Shown in pieces: positions 9,604 through 18,922 of a DNA stretch of 41,763 nt; within the stretch, counting starts at the first letter, position 1, and every line of letters starts with the position of its first letter. The notes under the pieces are model-generated. The model was not told the origin of the DNA. It did no database searches and saw only the letters and a list, made by a program, of their open reading frames with translations. The position numbers and the translations under genes are program-made. Source of the stretch: Gammaproteobacteria bacterium (GTDB lineage Bacteria > Pseudomonadota > Gammaproteobacteria > Arenicellales > Poriferihabitantaceae); contig WLWV01000001.1 in NCBI GenBank assembly GCA_012103395.1, forward strand, positions 1-41,763. Reading direction: 5' to 3'.

Positions 9604-10788
9604 TTATTTGGCAGCGCTTATACTTATACTATTGACTGCTTCAACCACCTTTTGAGCGGCATCAGCCAGATTGTTCGCGGAAACAATGGGCAATCCGGAA
9701 TCAGCCAGTATCGCCTTACCCTTCTCCACATTGGTTCCTTCCAGACGCACCACTAGGGGCACATTCAACTTCACCTCCTTTGCCGCAGTGATAATCCCTT
9801 CGGCGATCACATCACAACGCATAATTCCACCAAAAATATTCACCAAGATTCCCTTAACATTCGGATCTGAAAGAATAATTTTAAATGCAATGGTCACACG
9901 TTCTGCGGTAGCCCCCCCGCCCACATCCAGAAAATTCGCCGGGGACTGACCATATAATTGAATAATATCCATGGTTGCCATCGCTAATCCCGCACCATTG
10001 ACCATACAGCCGATCGAGCCATCAAGCTTGATATAGTTCAGCTCATGCTTGTCAGCTTCAATTTCCGCCGGATCCTCTTCATCCTCGTCTCGCAATGCCG
10101 CCACGTCTGGATGTCGGTACAAAGCATTGCTATCAAAATTCATTTTTGCGTCCAATGCAATTAGTTCTCCGTCGCCTTTAACAACCAATGGATTGATTTC
10201 GACCATACTGGCATCTAGTTGGATAAATGCATCGTACATTGCCTGTAGAAATTTCACCGCAGAGCGAACCTGTGCACTTTCAAGTCCCAAACCGAACGCC
10301 AGTTTACGTGCATGAAAAGGTTGTAGGCCTGTCGCCGGATCGATTACCACAGTGATAATTTTTTCGGGTGCAGTTTCAGCCACTTCTTCAATGTCCATTC
10401 CGCCCTCGGTCGAAGCGATCACCGTCACACGACTGCTTCCACGATCTACTAACAGCCCCAAATACAGCTCACGAGCAATGTCACACCCTTCTTCTATATA
10501 GATACGTTTGACTTCTTGCCCAGCGGAGCCGGTTTGGTGGGTCACTAGCTGCATACCTAAAATTTCTTCCGACGTGGATTCAACTTCTTCGATACTGTTC
10601 ACTACTTTCACACCACCACCTTTACCTCTCCCACCGGCATGAATTTGAGCCTTAACTACCCAAACCGAGCCACCTAATGATCTGGCGGCATCGATGGCCT
10701 CATCAACGGTAAAAGCCACCTGCCCCTTGGGGACCGTGACGCCAAAATCGGCTAAAAGGGATTTAGCCTGGTATTCGTGAATATTCAT
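9604..10788 (-). CDS. sucC: ADP-forming succinate--CoA ligase beta subunit (SucC type; a malate thiokinase role cannot be excluded from context)
   Basis: 394-aa ORF with an ATP-grasp N-terminus ([35 protein letters not shown]) and the C-terminal CoA-ligase motifs [15 protein letters not shown] and [10 protein letters not shown]. Confidence 0.85.
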   Translation of the reverse strand: MNIHEYQAKSLLADFGVTVPKGQVAFTVDEAIDAARSLGGSVWVVKAQIHAGGRGKGGGVKVVNSIEEVESTSEEILGMQLVTHQTGSAGQEVKRIYIEEGCDIARELYLGLLVDRGSSRVTVIASTEGGMDIEEVAETAPEKIITVVIDPATGLQPFHARKLAFGLGLESAQVRSAVKFLQAMYDAFIQLDASMVEINPLVVKGDGELIALDAKMNFDSNALYRHPDVAALRDEDEEDPAEIEADKHELNYIKLDGSIGCMVNGAGLAMATMDIIQLYGQSPANFLDVGGGATAERVTIAFKIILSDPNVKGILVNIFGGIMRCDVIAEGIITAAKEVKLNVPLVVRLEGTNVEKGKAILADSGLPIVSANNLADAAQKVVEAVNSISISAAK

Positions 10789-10952
10789 AAAATTTACTAT
10801 AAAACGATTTGGTAAAAAAACGCCTGATGAAAAAGATGATACTGCGTAGTTTAACGCATTAGCTAGGCTATTATATGCCGCAAGATATTCAAAATTTATG
10901 TCAATTTAGGATAAAGACATCCAAAAATGCAAATACGGATCAGCAGCAAAAA

Positions 10953-12377
10953 TCAATCAATCCATGCGACATGCAGTAGGTTAGTGGTGCCTGAAACACC
11001 AAATGGCAGCCCCGCTGCGATTACTACGGCGTCACCAAGTTTTGCGAAATCTTCTCTCACTGCGATGTCCTTAGCCGTGTTGATCACCTCCATCAGATTC
11101 GCATCTTCGTTCGCAACGCTCACTAAAACGGGATGCACACCCCAAGCAACACACAAGTATCTTGCGATTTTGATCTCTGGCGTGAGGCTAAGTATAGGGG
11201 CTCTAGGTCGTTCACGAGCAGCACGCAGCGTGGTACTACCAGAGGAAGTATAGGTTACCGTTGCAGTGGAAGACAAAACATGTGTTACTTTCTGCAATGC
11301 ATTGCAAATCGCATCTGCAGTAGTAGCATTGGGGTCCGGCCTTTGGGCATCAAGGATATTTTGCGCGACTGGATCCTGCTCAACCTCGTGGATAATTTTA
11401 TCCATCATCGTGACTGATTGGACAGGATAATCTCCTGCCGCTGACTCCGCAGATAGCATCACCGCATCGGCACCATCATAAATTGCGGTGGCAACATCAG
11501 AAGCCTCTGCCCGTGTCGGAACAGGAACATGGACCATTGAATCCAGCATATGCGTCGCAATAACGACAGGCTTGCCAACCTGTCTGCATTTTCGAATCAG
11601 GTGTTTTTGTACAATGGGCACTTGTTCTGGTGGAAGCTCAACGCCTAAATCGCCTCTCGCAACCATAACACCATCACATAATTCCAGAATTTCGTCCAAA
11701 TGTTCAAGTGCCGATGGCTTTTCCAATTTCACCATAATAGCGGCACGACCATTGACCAGAGTCCTCAATTCCCTGACATCTTCTGGTTGCTGTACAAAAG
11801 ACTGGGCGACCCAGTCTACGTCTAAAGACAAACTATACTCCAGGTCTATCCGGTCTTTTTCAGTGATCACAGAAATAGGAAGGACAACCCCGGGGATGTT
11901 CACGCCTTTATGATCGCTAATGACTCCGCCAACCATCACCTGTGTCACCACATATTGATCAGTGGCCTCGGTCACTTTTAACCTGACACGTCCATCATCG
12001 ATCATAAGCTCGCTGCCGACATTCAAAGCAGCAAAAATCTCAGGATGCAACAACGAAACTCGATGCTGGTCTCCTTTTTCTTCATCGAGATCCAAACGAT
12101 AGGTGTCACCTTTGACAAGTTCGACTGAATGATTATCAAACTTGCCCAAGCGCAATTTAGGGCCCTGAATATCCATCAAAATACCAATGGGGTGCCCGAC
12201 TTCATGCTCTATTCGTCTTATAATCTCTACTCGTTCTCTATGGTCTTGGTGGCTACCATGACTAAAGTTGAGTCTAAAAACATCAACACCCGAGAGATGC
12301 AACGCCTTAATGGTCGTTTCAGTGGAACTGGCTGGACCCAATGTTGCCACTATTTTAGCTTTTCGGTTTCTTCGCAT
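10953..12377 (-). CDS. pyk: Pyruvate kinase
   Basis: 474-aa ORF with KIVATLGPAS, RLNFSHGSH and MVARGDLGVELP motifs. Confidence 0.93.
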   Translation of the reverse strand: MRRNRKAKIVATLGPASSTETTIKALHLSGVDVFRLNFSHGSHQDHRERVEIIRRIEHEVGHPIGILMDIQGPKLRLGKFDNHSVELVKGDTYRLDLDEEKGDQHRVSLLHPEIFAALNVGSELMIDDGRVRLKVTEATDQYVVTQVMVGGVISDHKGVNIPGVVLPISVITEKDRIDLEYSLSLDVDWVAQSFVQQPEDVRELRTLVNGRAAIMVKLEKPSALEHLDEILELCDGVMVARGDLGVELPPEQVPIVQKHLIRKCRQVGKPVVIATHMLDSMVHVPVPTRAEASDVATAIYDGADAVMLSAESAAGDYPVQSVTMMDKIIHEVEQDPVAQNILDAQRPDPNATTADAICNALQKVTHVLSSTATVTYTSSGSTTLRAARERPRAPILSLTPEIKIARYLCVAWGVHPVLVSVANEDANLMEVINTAKDIAVREDFAKLGDAVVIAAGLPFGVSGTTNLLHVAWID

Positions 12378-12540
12378 AATTAAAGCGCTTATTAATTCTG
12401 ATTTTCAACACCTAATTATACTTTATATTAATATTGAGCATAATACAGAGACATACTAGAAACTCGCCAACAATCCGTGATTAAACATGTGCATTCGTGT
12501 TTCAATTTGAATTCGACTTAACGCTACAAGAGCTCGACTC

Positions 12541-13776
12541 ATGTCCCGAAAAAAACTCCCGATAGATATCGGAGCCCAAACCCAAGCAATACACGGTGGT
12601 GAAACTCCAGATCAGCAAACTGGTGCTTCTGCTCCAAACATCGTTATGTCAAGCACCTTTGCCGTTGATAAAACCGTTAGTTTTTCCGCCACGAATTTTG
12701 ACGAAGATACACCCTACATGTATACCCGGTGGGCTAATCCAACTGTCACTCAACTTGAAAGCAAACTGACTATTCTAGAAGAATCACAAGCCTGTGTTGC
12801 ATTTTCTTCCGGCATGGCAGCGTCCACTGCGGTGCTCCTGAGCTTTTTAAGCCATGGCGATCATCTGATTATTAGCAGCACAAATTATGCCGGCACCGCG
12901 GAGCTCGCCAGAAAAACACTGCCCAGAATGGGAATAGAAGTGACACCGGTCGATACCAGCAATCCAGAGGCGGTTGAAATGGCTATTAAGAAACAAACGA
13001 AGATGATCTGGATAGAAACACCATCCAATCCGCTAATTAACATCACGGACATCGCTAAAATTGCGAAAACGGCCCATGATAACAATGCACTACTCGCTGT
13101 TGACAGCACATTCGCGACACCGATTGCCACTAAGCCGCTGCAACTTGGCGCTGATTTGGTGATTCATTCTCTAACCAAATACATTGGTGGCCACGGAGAT
13201 GCCATGGGTGGAGCCGTCATGGCGAACAGTGAACACATTAACCTTTTGCGAAATGAAGGAGTCATTCACCATGGCAGTAGCATGAGCCCATTCAATGCAT
13301 GGCAGTAGCATGAGAGCCCATTCAATGCATGGCTAATCATGCGAGGAGCGGCGACTTTACCCATTAGAATGCGAGTACACCAAGAGAATGCCTTAAAAGT
13401 CGCAAAGTATCTGGAACAACATAGTAGGGTAGAGCTAGTCCGTTACCCAGGACTGAAAACGCATCCTAGTCATGACATAGCCGCTAAACAAATGAAGAAC
13501 TTCTCGGGCATGCTTGCGTTCAGAGTAAAAAACACACATGACACAGCAGAGAAAATGATGAAACAGTTATCGATATTCCACTATGCAGTATCACTCGGGC
13601 ATCATCGGAGCTTAATATATCTAATGGACACAAACGACCTCGTCCAATCGTCCTATCAATTAACCCACGATGACCTCAATAACTATACAGCCATCGCTGG
13701 GGACGGCCTATTTAGAGTTTCTGTGGGACTAGAAAACCCTGAAGACCTTATCAGAGATTTAGACCAAGTATTATAG
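12541..13776 (+). pseudogene. Cys/Met-metabolism PLP-dependent enzyme (cystathionine gamma-synthase / methionine gamma-lyase / sulfhydrylase family) interrupted by an in-frame TAG
   Basis: ORFs 12541..13308 and 13339..13776 share one reading frame. Together they form one family member: YTRWANPT, the PLP-Lys motif HSLTKYIGGHGD, and the C-terminal domain. The break falls exactly at the tandem duplication at 13273-13330. Removing 13301-13330 restores ...HHGSSMSPFNAWLIMRGAATLPIRM.... Confidence 0.8.
13273..13330. repeat. Tandem duplication (28-nt unit, second copy 30 nt) inside the PLP-enzyme gene
   Basis: GGCAGTAGCATGAGCCCATTCAATGCAT occupies 13273-13300. It is followed at 13301-13330 by GGCAGTAGCATGAGAGCCCATTCAATGCAT, the same unit with an extra AG. 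ATGGC microhomology is present at both junctions. Confidence 0.9.
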
Positions 13777-13809
13777 AAACAAAAACCGGAGCATTAAACA
13801 CCTCAACCT

Positions 13810-13837
13810 ACTTCTATCTTAAGATAGGTAGAGAAGT
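13810..13837. terminator. Imperfect palindrome between the convergent PLP-enzyme gene and pgk (possible bidirectional terminator)
   Basis: CTATCTT/AAGATAG is a perfect palindrome at about 13814-13827, flanked by ACTTCT...AGAAGT. There is no clear U-tract on either strand, so confidence is low. Confidence 0.3.
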
Positions 13838-13841
13838 GAAC

Positions 13842-15017
13842 TCAAGCAGTGTACCGCGAAGCTAGCATCGCTATGGCTGGTAGTGTTTTCCCTTCCAGAA
13901 ACTCAAGAAAGGCACCTCCACCAGTCGAGATATAGGAAATTTTCTCACCTAGATTGTACTTTTCTATCGCCGCAAGGGTATCCCCTCCTCCGGCAATTGA
14001 AAAGGCCGAAGATGCAGCGATGGCTTTTCCAAGCTCCTGGGTACCGTAGCTGAATTGATCAAATTCAAACACACCGACAGGGCCATTCCAAACGATCGTA
14101 CCAGCATCCCTCATGATTTGTGCGTAACGTTCCGCTGTTTTAGGGCCAACATCTAGAATCATGTCCGTTTCATCAATCTCTTCAACTAGTTTGACCGTTG
14201 GTTCAGCATCCTTTGCAAATTTTTTTCCAACCACAACATCGACAGGGACTGGGATTTCTCTGCCTTTCTTTGCCGCCTGCAGCATCAGCTTTTTTGCCTC
14301 TGAAACGAGATCAGGTTCATAAAGTGAGGCTCCTACGTTATAACCGGCCGCTGCGATGAAAGTATTTGCAATCCCACCACCCGGAACTAATTGATCAACA
14401 ACGCTCGACAACGATTCAAGCACAGTAAGTTTTGAAGAAACTTTTGCGCCACCGACAATTGCCACCATCGGGCGATTAGGTTGAACTAATGCTTTACCCA
14501 GCGACTCAATCTCATTTTGTAACAACGGTCCTGAACAGGCCACTCCTGCAAATTGTGCTACGCCATGAGTTGATGCCTGAGCACGATGTGCCGTTCCAAA
14601 AGCATCCATGACGAAAACATCACACAGCGACGCATAAGCTCTAGACAAAGCTTCGTCATTTGTTTTCTCACCAACATTAAAGCGAACGTTTTCCAACAGC
14701 ACGACCTCGCCATTTTCTAAAGAGGGGGGAAGAGACAGATAATCTGTATTGAGTTGCACATCAAAATCCAGATGCTTACCTAAACAATCAGCCACCGGGC
14801 TCAAAGAAAACGCCGGGTCGCAAATACCTTCATTAGGTCGACCTAAATGCGACATAACCATCACTTTTGCACCGGCAACAACGGCCTGCTGAATGGTCTC
14901 CAATGAAGCCAAAACCCTCTTATCAGAGGTAACAACACCATCTTCAATGGGCACATTCAGATCCTGTCGAATCAGAACACGTTTCCCGTGGAGTTCCATA
15001 TCTGTGAGTTTATACAT
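13842..15017 (-). CDS. pgk: Phosphoglycerate kinase
   Basis: 391-aa ORF with [24 protein letters not shown] and [14 protein letters not shown] motifs. Confidence 0.95.
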   Translation of the reverse strand: MYKLTDMELHGKRVLIRQDLNVPIEDGVVTSDKRVLASLETIQQAVVAGAKVMVMSHLGRPNEGICDPAFSLSPVADCLGKHLDFDVQLNTDYLSLPPSLENGEVVLLENVRFNVGEKTNDEALSRAYASLCDVFVMDAFGTAHRAQASTHGVAQFAGVACSGPLLQNEIESLGKALVQPNRPMVAIVGGAKVSSKLTVLESLSSVVDQLVPGGGIANTFIAAAGYNVGASLYEPDLVSEAKKLMLQAAKKGREIPVPVDVVVGKKFAKDAEPTVKLVEEIDETDMILDVGPKTAERYAQIMRDAGTIVWNGPVGVFEFDQFSYGTQELGKAIAASSAFSIAGGGDTLAAIEKYNLGEKISYISTGGGAFLEFLEGKTLPAIAMLASRYTA

Positions 15018-15090
15018 AGCGTTCCAGGCAATCAGCCTCAGTCAATGAAATTATCGGAGTCTCGATCAGATAAGTGGTCACAAATTGTAT

Positions 15091-17094
15091 TCAGGATTCA
15101 TCGGACAACATGTCAGAAATCGTTGCCAAAACGTTATCAACGGTCATCCCAAAATGCTCAAACACGTCCTTGGCAGGCCCTGACTCACCAAACGTATCAA
15201 TACCCACAACAACACCATCGAATCCGGTGTATTTCCCCCATCCACCGCTAACACCGGCCTCAACGACCACCCGCTTGGTAACAGAAATTGGCAGCACCGA
15301 TTGCTGGTAAACTCTGTCTTGAGCTTCAAATCGATCCGTTGACGGCATGGACACCACTCGGATAGCTCGATCTGATAGCTTAGACGCTACCGCCATCGCT
15401 AACCCAACCTCAGAACCGGTTGCAATCAGAATAAGTTCAGGTTCTTCAACGCTGTCTTTAAGCACATACCCACCTTTTTTAATGCATTCCAGCTGATCGG
15501 GGTTTCGAGTTTGATGCTCGAGGTTTTGTCGTGAGAAAATCAAAGAAAAGGGTTGATTGGTCGATTCAATCGCTTCTTTCCAGGCAATGGCAGATTCCAC
15601 AGCATCACAGGGTCTCCAAACAGACATGCCAGGTATTAGACGAAGCGTTGCAGTTTGTTCAACAGGTTGGTGTGTCGGGCCATCTTCACCGAGACCAACC
15701 GAATCATGAGTAAAAACATAGATCGTTGGTATTTTCATTAACGCAGACATTCTCAGTGCATTTCTGGCATATTCCGAAAACATCAAAAAGGTGGAACAAT
15801 AAGGTTTGAAACCTCCGTGCAGTGCCAATCCGTTATTGATAGCAGCCATGGCAAACTCTCTCACACCATAGTAAATATAGTTTCCATCGGCGTGATTCTG
15901 TATCCCTCTAGAGCCAGACCATATCGTCAAATTTGAACCAGCAAGATCTGCTGATCCACCGATTAATTCAGGTAATAAAGGACCAAATTTCTGCAAAGCA
16001 TTTTGTGAGGCCTTGCGTGACGCGATAGTTTCCTTGTTTTCAACTATCTGATTAATCTTTTCACCAACTTGGTCATACCATTCGTCTGGTAACGTCGATG
16101 CCAATCTCCTTTCGTACTCGGCGGCCAGTACGGGATGGGCAATACGATACTGTTCAAACATTTCGCACCACTTAGCTTCTGCATTTTGCCCCTTCGCCTT
16201 AGCATCCCATGCAGTGTAGATCTCAGCGGGAATATCAAACGCTTCATGAGGCCAGCCTAGAGCAGCACGAGTCAGCTCAATTTCTTCTTTACCCAACGGA
16301 GCACCATGACTGGATTCTTTTCCGCCTTTGTTCGGCGATCCGAAGCCAATGGTTGTTTTACAACAAATCAGTGACGGTTTATTACTAGTCTGTTTCGCCT
16401 CATCAATTGCATTACGAATCGCTTCGGGGTCATGTCCGTCCACATCGGCAATCACATGCCATCCGTAAGAGCCAAATCGGCTCGGAGTATCATCAGTAAA
16501 CCAACCTTCTACTTCACCATCGATAGAAATGCCGTTGTCGTCATACACCGCGATCAGCTTACCGAGTCCTAATGTACCGGCTAATGAGCATGCTTCATGG
16601 GAGATACCCTCCATCAAACACCCATCTCCAAGAAAGACATAAGTGCAGTGATCCACTAAAGCAAAACCGGGTTGGTTAAATTGCGCAGCCAACGTTCTTT
16701 CAGCAATAGCCATACCTACTCCATTAGCAATTCCCTGTCCCAAAGGACCCGTCGTTGTCTCTACACCCGGAGCATAGCCATATTCTGGATGGCCTGGGGT
16801 TTTTGAGTGTAGTTGTCTAAATTGCTTAATATCCTCAATGGACAAATCATACCCCGTCAAATGTAAGAGAGAGTAAATCAGCATAGATCCGTGGCCATTT
16901 GAAAGTACAAATCGATCACGATCAGACCACTTTGGATTTGCAGGATTGTGTTTCAAGAAATCCCCCCAAAGCACCTCAGCAATATCCGCCATACCCATTG
17001 GAGCACCAGGATGGCCGCTGTTTGCTTGCTGGACAGCATCCATACTTAATGCTCGTATGGCATTTGCTTTAGTCCGCTTATCAATTGACGTCAT
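15091..17094 (-). CDS. tkt: Transketolase
   Basis: The track ORF runs to 17166 (691 aa). The ATG at 17092-17094 (M25) is preceded by AAGAGG with 6-nt spacing. It gives 667 aa starting [43 protein letters not shown], which aligns with E. coli TktA residue 1 onward. The TPP motif [13 protein letters not shown] is present. Confidence 0.92.
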   Translation of the reverse strand: MTSIDKRTKANAIRALSMDAVQQANSGHPGAPMGMADIAEVLWGDFLKHNPANPKWSDRDRFVLSNGHGSMLIYSLLHLTGYDLSIEDIKQFRQLHSKTPGHPEYGYAPGVETTTGPLGQGIANGVGMAIAERTLAAQFNQPGFALVDHCTYVFLGDGCLMEGISHEACSLAGTLGLGKLIAVYDDNGISIDGEVEGWFTDDTPSRFGSYGWHVIADVDGHDPEAIRNAIDEAKQTSNKPSLICCKTTIGFGSPNKGGKESSHGAPLGKEEIELTRAALGWPHEAFDIPAEIYTAWDAKAKGQNAEAKWCEMFEQYRIAHPVLAAEYERRLASTLPDEWYDQVGEKINQIVENKETIASRKASQNALQKFGPLLPELIGGSADLAGSNLTIWSGSRGIQNHADGNYIYYGVREFAMAAINNGLALHGGFKPYCSTFLMFSEYARNALRMSALMKIPTIYVFTHDSVGLGEDGPTHQPVEQTATLRLIPGMSVWRPCDAVESAIAWKEAIESTNQPFSLIFSRQNLEHQTRNPDQLECIKKGGYVLKDSVEEPELILIATGSEVGLAMAVASKLSDRAIRVVSMPSTDRFEAQDRVYQQSVLPISVTKRVVVEAGVSGGWGKYTGFDGVVVGIDTFGESGPAKDVFEHFGMTVDNVLATISDMLSDES

Positions 17095-17549
17095 TAACCG
17101 CCTCTTAGCTGAGTTTGAGAGTTTCGAAAACAAAGAGCCCTTTTGGAGCAAAGATAATGACATCATGAGGGAGTTAACCCCGCGTACTATCGCGCACTAA
17201 AAGAGCAAAGAAAACCTAAAATCTGACAGTTTAAAAAACAAGTCTCCTAGTACGAAAAACCATCATATCCCGCACAGCAATCACATTACTTGACTTAGAT
17301 CTAGCTTGCACTTAGCTCTTGAAAGCGATTAACAAGCACGCCGATTCTTGCCGACATAAATGTTGATAACTTGTTCATTTTCCAGAATGAGAATATAGCG
17401 CTTTTTGACTGTTTTCTGAAGTCTAAATCCACATCAGTACAACGATATCCCTTACTCCATTGCCATAGCGAATCAGACGTGGGAATAATCACATGGCATT
17501 TAGTTTGCGAGTACAGTACAACAACTACGCTCTATGCGGCGGTACCCTT

Positions 17550-18374
17550 TCAGTATTGTAGGTTTTTCGAAACCTTACTATTGACCTCAATCCAACTTTT
17601 CCATTGAACGAGTAATGCCGGAGTAACTGCAGCAACCACTGACCGCTTTCTTAGGTTTCCACAATCGAGTGGCTTTCCAGATAGGGAGGTCGCATCTCCC
17701 CCCGCTTCCATCAAGATAAGATAACCCGCCGCAAAATCCCATAGTTTTTGACCACCATGTAAATACAATTGAAACCGACCTGCGGCAAGCCAACACCATT
17801 CCAATACTGAAGCACCAAGATTTCTTTGAGAACGATAAGGTGGGCACCGCACCAGTTGCGCCGACAAATCACCAACCAATCGTTTGTAGTCAACATTCGC
17901 GATACAGTTTTCAATCGCCGGTTCTGACACTGTCGTCATTCTCTGTCCATTGAGATATGCTCCTCTACCCGACTCTGCAGAAAAGACCTCGTCTCTGACT
18001 GGGTCATAGACCACCGCGAGAATGGGGCAGCCCGCCACAACAAGGGCCACTGAGACGCCGTAAAACAGGAAACCTGAAATAAAGTTCGTCGTACCATCCA
18101 GTGGATCGATTACCCAATAGCCTCTCTCACTATTGGCTTTCGTAACCGTAATCTGATCCGAATGCTCCATTTCCTCTCCAATAGCACCAAAACCTGGCCA
18201 CCTCTGCATTAAGATCTCCAATAACTCTTCCTGCATTTGCTTATCAATCGCAGTCACAAAACTACCATCAAGCTTCGTTGTGTGCCCAACGCGCCCAGAT
18301 TTCAGCGCAGGGACACGTCCTGAAACCTGTATTACCAGTTCTGCCAATTCGTGCAGTGTTGGATAATTATTCAT
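17550..18374 (-). CDS. Inositol monophosphatase family protein (SuhB/CysQ-like phosphatase)
   Basis: 274-aa ORF with WVIDPLDGTTNF and WDFAAG motifs. Confidence 0.85.
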   Translation of the reverse strand: MNNYPTLHELAELVIQVSGRVPALKSGRVGHTTKLDGSFVTAIDKQMQEELLEILMQRWPGFGAIGEEMEHSDQITVTKANSERGYWVIDPLDGTTNFISGFLFYGVSVALVVAGCPILAVVYDPVRDEVFSAESGRGAYLNGQRMTTVSEPAIENCIANVDYKRLVGDLSAQLVRCPPYRSQRNLGASVLEWCWLAAGRFQLYLHGGQKLWDFAAGYLILMEAGGDATSLSGKPLDCGNLRKRSVVAAVTPALLVQWKSWIEVNSKVSKNLQY

Positions 18375-18493
18375 TAAAGTAGAACATTCGAAGAATAGGA
18401 GAACGGGTTAATCTCCCAAGATAGGTATCGATACGATCCAAGAGAGCAAAACTCATTATATGCAATTACTTTCTCAGCAAACACTACTTGGTC

Positions 18494-18922
18494 TCAAAAA
18501 ACATCCTGAGCCAACGTTTTCAGATCAGGAATAATACCTAAACGACTCCCAACCTGAATAACACCAGCAGCATAACGAATTTCTTTTGACATCGTTGACG
18601 GTAACAAAACCATAGTATCGTCAATGACAATAATCTTTGGTGCCTCACGGCTACTAAAAGCAAGAAAATCATTCTGTTTAAATCCATGCACAGGCCATAA
18701 CACCACTGCTCGACTGTAATCTTCATCAAGAATCGCTGTCGCTCCGAGCGCTTCAGAACTGTTAACCAAAGGCATTGAATATTCGCGCCAATTTATCTCA
18801 TATGAGATGTAAGGCTGTCTATGTTCACAAAGTCGTTGATTTGAGCTCGCTAAAACCTGGGCAACCATGCTCACTGGTATGAGCAAAGACCCTGCTCGGG
18901 TATCCAAAGACAGGACCTTCAT
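18494..18922 (-). CDS. chpC: CheW-like coupling protein (ChpC-like)
   Basis: 142-aa ORF with a CheW-domain pattern (SLLIPVSMVAQVL, INWREYSMPLVN, GIIPDLKTL). Its ATG overlaps the chpA stop as ATGA at 18919-18922. Confidence 0.65.
   Translation of the reverse strand: MKVLSLDTRAGSLLIPVSMVAQVLASSNQRLCEHRQPYISYEINWREYSMPLVNSSEALGATAILDEDYSRAVVLWPVHGFKQNDFLAFSSREAPKIIVIDDTMVLLPSTMSKEIRYAAGVIQVGSRLGIIPDLKTLAQDVF

Noticed and set aside
526-12383. Numerous 60-141-aa plus-strand ORFs nested inside the long minus-strand genes. Examples are 526..711, 2337..2561, 2957..3407, 4270..4479, 6970..7245, 8804..9103, 10049..10315 and 11488..11913. Similar cases lie inside chpA, pilJ, alaS and recA.
   Set aside because: They lie antisense to confidently identified, motif-rich genes. 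Their composition is low-complexity (Ser/Pro/Arg/Thr-rich) and they have no recognisable domains. These are typical shadow ORFs.
17095-17166. 24-codon N-terminal extension of transketolase in the ORF track ([24 protein letters not shown]).
   Set aside because: The internal ATG at 17094 has a good AAGAGG Shine-Dalgarno and aligns with residue 1 of known transketolases. The extension has no Shine-Dalgarno and no counterpart in homologues. The same logic applies to the 9-codon extension of alaS (38331-38357).
17167-17549. 383-bp spacer upstream of tkt containing a 63-codon GTG-start ORF (17301..17492, minus) and a 78-codon plus-strand ORF.
   Set aside because: Neither ORF has a Shine-Dalgarno, a recognisable family or a convincing composition. 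I could not find a structured RNA or repeat either, so I treat the spacer as a promoter/leader region.
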